Below, one piece after another: positions 60,148 to 64,000 of a DNA stretch of 64,000 nucleotides (positions are counted from its first letter, which is position 1; each line of letters starts with the position of its first letter). A program made the translations under genes and the position numbers. The notes beneath the pieces were generated by a model. It made no database searches and was not told the DNA's origin. It saw only the letters and a program-made list of their open reading frames with translations. Where the stretch lies: NCBI GenBank assembly GCA_963698535.1, contig CAVORD010000003.1:627-64626 (forward strand), given 5' to 3'. This DNA is from an uncultured Bacteroidales bacterium (GTDB lineage Bacteria; Bacteroidota; Bacteroidia; Bacteroidales; VadinHA17).

Positions 60148-61923
60148 ATGGAAATAAAGCGCACATTCGATCTGATTCCCTATAATGCAGAGAAATTTCC
60201 GCGTGATGACATGTTCGCCGGGAAGGTAGACCGCGATTGGGTCAAATACTCATCGGAGCTTGTACAGCACAATGTTAATGCTGTTAGTTATGCTCTTCTG
60301 GCAATGGGGTATGGTCCGGGCGACAAGATCGCCACTATTACAGCGAATAAACCTGAGTGGAATTTCATGGACCAGGGCATGGGTCAGATCGGAATTATCC
60401 ATGTACCTATTTATCCAACAATTGGAGAAGATGAGTACGAATTTATACTTATGCATTCTGATGTAAAGGCAGTAGTGGTTGGTAATAAAGCGCTGTATCA
60501 GAAATTGAAGCCGATTATTGAGAAGACACCAGCTATCAAGGAGACCTTTTCATTTGAAAGAGTTGAAGGCCTTAAGAGCATATTCGACATCATTGAACTG
60601 GGAGAAGCCAACAAGGGCCTCCACCATGACAGGGTTGTTGAGATAAGGGATTCCATCAAGCCGGAAGATATGGTAACTATTATCTATACTTCAGGTACAA
60701 CGGGCAACTCCAAGGGAGTGATGTTATCACACTCCAACCTGATAAGTAATGCAAAGGCTGCCACCAAGGTCCATCCTTTTGGGTTTGGCGACAGGGCGAT
60801 CAGCTTTCTCCCACTATGCCATGTATATGAGAGGATGTTGAACTACCATCATCAGATGAAGGGAATAAGTGTCTATTACGTTGAGAATATGGCAGCCATT
60901 TCCGAGATGGCCAAGGAGGTAAAACCGAGTATTATGACTACGGTACCGCGCCTGATGGAGAAGATCTACGACTCAATCATTAATAAGGGGAAGAACCTTA
61001 CAGGAATTAAGAAACAGCTCTTCTTCTGGGCTGTCAACCTCGGACTAAATTACAAATTGCACAATCGGGGATTATATTATAATATCAGACTTGCGATAGC
61101 CCGTAAGCTTATTTTTTCGAAGTGGCAGGCTGCACTTGGTGGTGAGCTTGGCGTTCTTGTCTCCGGCGGCGCCGCCTTGCAACACAGGCTAGAGCGCATT
61201 TTCTGGGCAGCTGGTATACCTGTCCTCCAGGGATACGGTCTTACAGAGACATCGCCTGTTATAGCAGTAAACCCGCTGGATATAAAGAATATGAAGTTTG
61301 AAACGGTGGGCCCGGCAGTAGAAGATGTAGAGATCAGGATTGCAGAGGATGGTGAGATACTTACAAAAGGGCCACACATTATGATGGGCTATTATAAAGC
61401 CCCCGACATGACTGCAGAAGTTATTGACAAGGATGGCTGGTTCCATACAGGAGATATTGGAAGAATAGAAGATGGCAGGTTCCTCAGGATCACCGACAGG
61501 AAGAAGGAGATATTCAAGCTTTCGGCCGGAAAATATATTGCTCCGCAGCCAATAGAGAATAAGATCAAGGAATCGCTCTTCATAGAGCAGGCAATGGTTA
61601 TTGGAGAAAACGAGAAATTCGCCAGTGCGCTTATCTCACCAAATTTTGCATTTCTCCACGACTGGTGCTCCAGACATCAGATACAGTACAGGGATAATGC
61701 CGAGCTGGTAAGCCTTCCAATAGTTATTGACCGCTATAACAAGGAGATAGCCGAGGTAAACAAATCGCTTGGTGAATTTGAACAGATAAAAAGGATTCGC
61801 CTTGTTACCGAAGAGTGGAATGCCGCAACAGGCGAACTATCACCAACACTGAAACTAAAGAGGAATTATCTTACAAAACGTTACGCTTCTCTTATAGGAG
61901 AGATCTATTTCGCCAAGAAATAG
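60148..61923 (+). CDS. Long-chain fatty acid--CoA ligase (AMP-dependent synthetase)
   Basis: It has the YTSGTTGNSKGV AMP-binding motif, plus GYGLTET and TGDIG. Confidence 0.85.
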   Translation: MEIKRTFDLIPYNAEKFPRDDMFAGKVDRDWVKYSSELVQHNVNAVSYALLAMGYGPGDKIATITANKPEWNFMDQGMGQIGIIHVPIYPTIGEDEYEFILMHSDVKAVVVGNKALYQKLKPIIEKTPAIKETFSFERVEGLKSIFDIIELGEANKGLHHDRVVEIRDSIKPEDMVTIIYTSGTTGNSKGVMLSHSNLISNAKAATKVHPFGFGDRAISFLPLCHVYERMLNYHHQMKGISVYYVENMAAISEMAKEVKPSIMTTVPRLMEKIYDSIINKGKNLTGIKKQLFFWAVNLGLNYKLHNRGLYYNIRLAIARKLIFSKWQAALGGELGVLVSGGAALQHRLERIFWAAGIPVLQGYGLTETSPVIAVNPLDIKNMKFETVGPAVEDVEIRIAEDGEILTKGPHIMMGYYKAPDMTAEVIDKDGWFHTGDIGRIEDGRFLRITDRKKEIFKLSAGKYIAPQPIENKIKESLFIEQAMVIGENEKFASALISPNFAFLHDWCSRHQIQYRDNAELVSLPIVIDRYNKEIAEVNKSLGEFEQIKRIRLVTEEWNAATGELSPTLKLKRNYLTKRYASLIGEIYFAKK

Positions 61924-61953
61924 AGTTTCTCAGGGAGTATACACCCATTAACT

Positions 61954-61991
61954 AAAGAACTGTTTCAAGGTAAAACCTGAAACAGTTCTTT
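61954..61991 (+). terminator. Terminator hairpin after the acyl-CoA ligase
   Basis: A perfect 14-bp stem aaagaactgtttca / tgaaacagttcttt with T residues following. Confidence 0.75.
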
Positions 61992-62012
61992 TCGTATGTA
62001 CCATTTTGAATA

Positions 62013-62528
62013 ATGCTTATGGGGTTTAATTATTTTGTACTTTTACTGCTCGTAAATGATAAGATATTGAGAAGCCCGATAATTTATTCAACCCTCAGTC
62101 TGTTGCTGCTGGCATCCCTCTTCGGTTGCTCCCCTTCCTCCTGTTTTGAGGATACCGATGCTTACCTCAAGGGTGGCTTTTACGGTACCGGCACAGGCAA
62201 GTCACTTCCTCCCGACTCTCTCTCTGTGTCTAGTATCCCCGGCAGTAATCTCATTTTCTACAACAAAGTACTTAAGACAAGCAATGTTAACCTCATCCTT
62301 GATCCAACTGATACAGAGACTTCTTTCCTCTTTAAGATCAACGGCGTAAGTGATACAGTAACAATCAGATCGGAAAGTTATCCCTTCCTTGTATCCAAAG
62401 AGTGCGGCTTCTCATGGCACCATAAGATAATAACAGTGGTAAGCAGCCATAATATAATTGATACGATCATTTTAGGCAGTTTAAACGTAACCCTGACCAA
62501 TGAAGAGAATCTTCGTATTTTTTATTAG
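62013..62528 (+). CDS. Hypothetical lipoprotein
   Basis: It has a lipobox (LLASLFGCS). I recognised no other motif. Confidence 0.5.
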   Translation: MLMGFNYFVLLLLVNDKILRSPIIYSTLSLLLLASLFGCSPSSCFEDTDAYLKGGFYGTGTGKSLPPDSLSVSSIPGSNLIFYNKVLKTSNVNLILDPTDTETSFLFKINGVSDTVTIRSESYPFLVSKECGFSWHHKIITVVSSHNIIDTIILGSLNVTLTNEENLRIFY

Positions 62529-63216
62529 CCTGGCGCTCTTTACAGGTGCCCGTGGTCAGGTGCAGGACAGTCTGTTGTACCCTGTAGGTCTGCGTATCTC
62601 CATAGATGTTGCCGGGCCCTTGCTGAATATCTATGATCCTACATCTCTGACCATTGAAGGAAAGGCTGCTTTTGATCTTAACGGCAATCACGCTATCGCT
62701 TTTGAGGCCGGGTCGGTCAGATATCAGTATGAACAGTACAACTACAGTTACAAGAATTCGGGTCTCTTTTTCCGGTTAGGAACAGATTATAATCTTCTCT
62801 CACCCAAAAACTCCAACGGGAAGTACTTTGCCGGTATCGGCCTACGTTATGGCCTCTCTTTTTTCACCCAGGAATACCCATGGTTTCTTTATGAAAACGG
62901 ATGGGGCACGGTCCAGGGCTCTATCCTTCCCGCTACCTATTCAGCTCATTTCATTGAGGCCTCACCGGGAATGAGAGCTGAGATATTCAAGAATTTTAGT
63001 CTCGGATGGACCATCCGTATCGGCAAACTTATATACCAATCGGCCCCCGATAATATGAAGCCAGTGATAATACCCGGAATGGGGAGTATCGCAAAATCGA
63101 TAAGCTATGGCTTTAACTATTATCTTACCTGGAATATTCCTATGGGTAAAAAGATGATATACATTAAGCCTAAAAGCATCCCCGAGGAGCCGGAACCTGA
63201 ACCCGTAATAAAATAA
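62500..63216 (+). CDS. Hypothetical secreted protein with beta-barrel-like patterning
   Basis: It has a signal peptide (FISLALFTGARGQ) and alternating aromatic/hydrophobic strands. It overlaps the upstream gene by 29 nt. Confidence 0.5.
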   Translation: MKRIFVFFISLALFTGARGQVQDSLLYPVGLRISIDVAGPLLNIYDPTSLTIEGKAAFDLNGNHAIAFEAGSVRYQYEQYNYSYKNSGLFFRLGTDYNLLSPKNSNGKYFAGIGLRYGLSFFTQEYPWFLYENGWGTVQGSILPATYSAHFIEASPGMRAEIFKNFSLGWTIRIGKLIYQSAPDNMKPVIIPGMGSIAKSISYGFNYYLTWNIPMGKKMIYIKPKSIPEEPEPEPVIK

Positions 63217-64000
63217 TTACTCCTTCTGCCTCAACAAAGAGAGAGTCAGCAGCCCAATAAAGGTTATAAGACCATTTACCATAAGCAGCTCAAATCCGAA
63301 TTTATAGCCCCAGAGAAGCTGTTCTGAATATCTGTTCAAAAAGAAGCACAACAAGGGTGAAGCAATTGCTATAAGAGGCACCCATCTGTCAATGACTTTT
63401 CTCCTGGTAAATAGCCCGAAAGCGAATAAACCAAGAAGAGGGCCATATGTATATCCGGCCACAGTAAATATTGAACTTATTACACTTTGGTCGTTTATCT
63501 CTCTGAACAGCAATATAATAACAAGGGTGAGCAAAGAAAAACCAATGTGAACCCTGGTGCGCACCTTCTTCAGTACTTTCTCCTCCTTATCCCCTGCCCC
63601 CAGAATATCAACTGTAAAGGAGGTTGTAAGTGCAGTAAGTGCTGAATCGGCACTGGAATAGGCAGCGGCAATAAGGCCCAGAATAAATAGTACACTTACA
63701 ATAACTCCCATTCCGCCCTGAGTGGCAATTAACGGGAAGAGGTCATCCCTGTATGAAGGCAATGCCATACCCCTGGAATTTGCATAGACAACCAGTAAAA
63801 CACCCAGACTCATGAAGAGCAGATTAACCGGAACGAATGCCGCCCCGTAGAGATATACATTCTTCTTTGCATCCTTCAGATTTCTGCAACTCAGATTCTT
63901 CTGCATCATATCCTGATCAAGTCCTGTCATCACAATAGCAATAAACATTCCACTGAAGAACTGCTTGAAGAAAAAGCGCTTATCCCTGAAGTCATCGAAA
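63217..64000 (-). CDS. Sodium:solute symporter family protein (C-terminal part; gene continues beyond the window)
   Basis: It has multiple TM helices and the frame stays open to the window edge. Confidence 0.65.
   Translation of the reverse strand, partial: FDDFRDKRFFFKQFFSGMFIAIVMTGLDQDMMQKNLSCRNLKDAKKNVYLYGAAFVPVNLLFMSLGVLLVVYANSRGMALPSYRDDLFPLIATQGGMGVIVSVLFILGLIAAAYSSADSALTALTTSFTVDILGAGDKEEKVLKKVRTRVHIGFSLLTLVIILLFREINDQSVISSIFTVAGYTYGPLLGLFAFGLFTRRKVIDRWVPLIAIASPLLCFFLNRYSEQLLWGYKFGFELLMVNGLITFIGLLTLSLLRQKE

Noticed and set aside
1-64000. Prophage, transposon, defence island or toxin-antitoxin cluster
   Set aside because: I recognised no integrase, transposase, phage structural, restriction-modification, Cas, or typical defence-domain proteins in any frame. 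The PIN-PhoH fusion is a widespread housekeeping-type protein.

Overview
This 64-kb window looks like a Bacteroidota-type chromosome. It carries gliding/T9SS genes (gldJ, a PorP/SprF-like gene, porU, porV), TAnnTTTG -7 promoter motifs, and many signal-peptide or lipoprotein genes. The left 12.4 kb (minus strand) is one giant surface adhesin-like gene of more than 4,100 codons. It has a signal peptide, four beta-helix-like blocks that each end in an 'FPxG' module, and at least 11 tandem 264-bp (88-aa) Cys-pair PKD/Ig-like repeats that run off the left edge. Its reading frame is broken about 10 times. Next come tRNA-Val(TAC), a patch of GC-rich short repeats, and the most interesting locus. That locus is a pentaheme c-type cytochrome followed 28 bp later by a protein with one N-terminal CXXCH and a porin-like beta-barrel body. 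I read this as a Cyc2-like fused cytochrome-porin and a candidate outer-membrane electron conduit. The rest is mostly housekeeping: kup, a YyaL-like thioredoxin-domain gene, an amidase, a BNR/sortilin-like protein, an SDR, a CPBP protease, an epimerase, a 5'-nucleotidase, folC, PIN-PhoH, sixA, mtaB, suhB, an LpxL-like acyltransferase, a GT2, a metallophosphoesterase, ppa, murF, ispF, hutU, nif3 with its Zn-ribbon partner, a MerR regulator, a PQQ propeller, two M23 peptidases, alaS, an acyl-CoA ligase and a partial solute symporter. Single-base frameshifts also interrupt several conserved genes (yyaL-like, the BNR gene five times, the epimerase, gldJ, porU twice, one M23 gene). This points to indel-prone sequence or real gene decay. 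I saw no integrase, transposase, CRISPR or recognisable defence genes. All calls rest on motif reading of the supplied translations, and no database searches were run.
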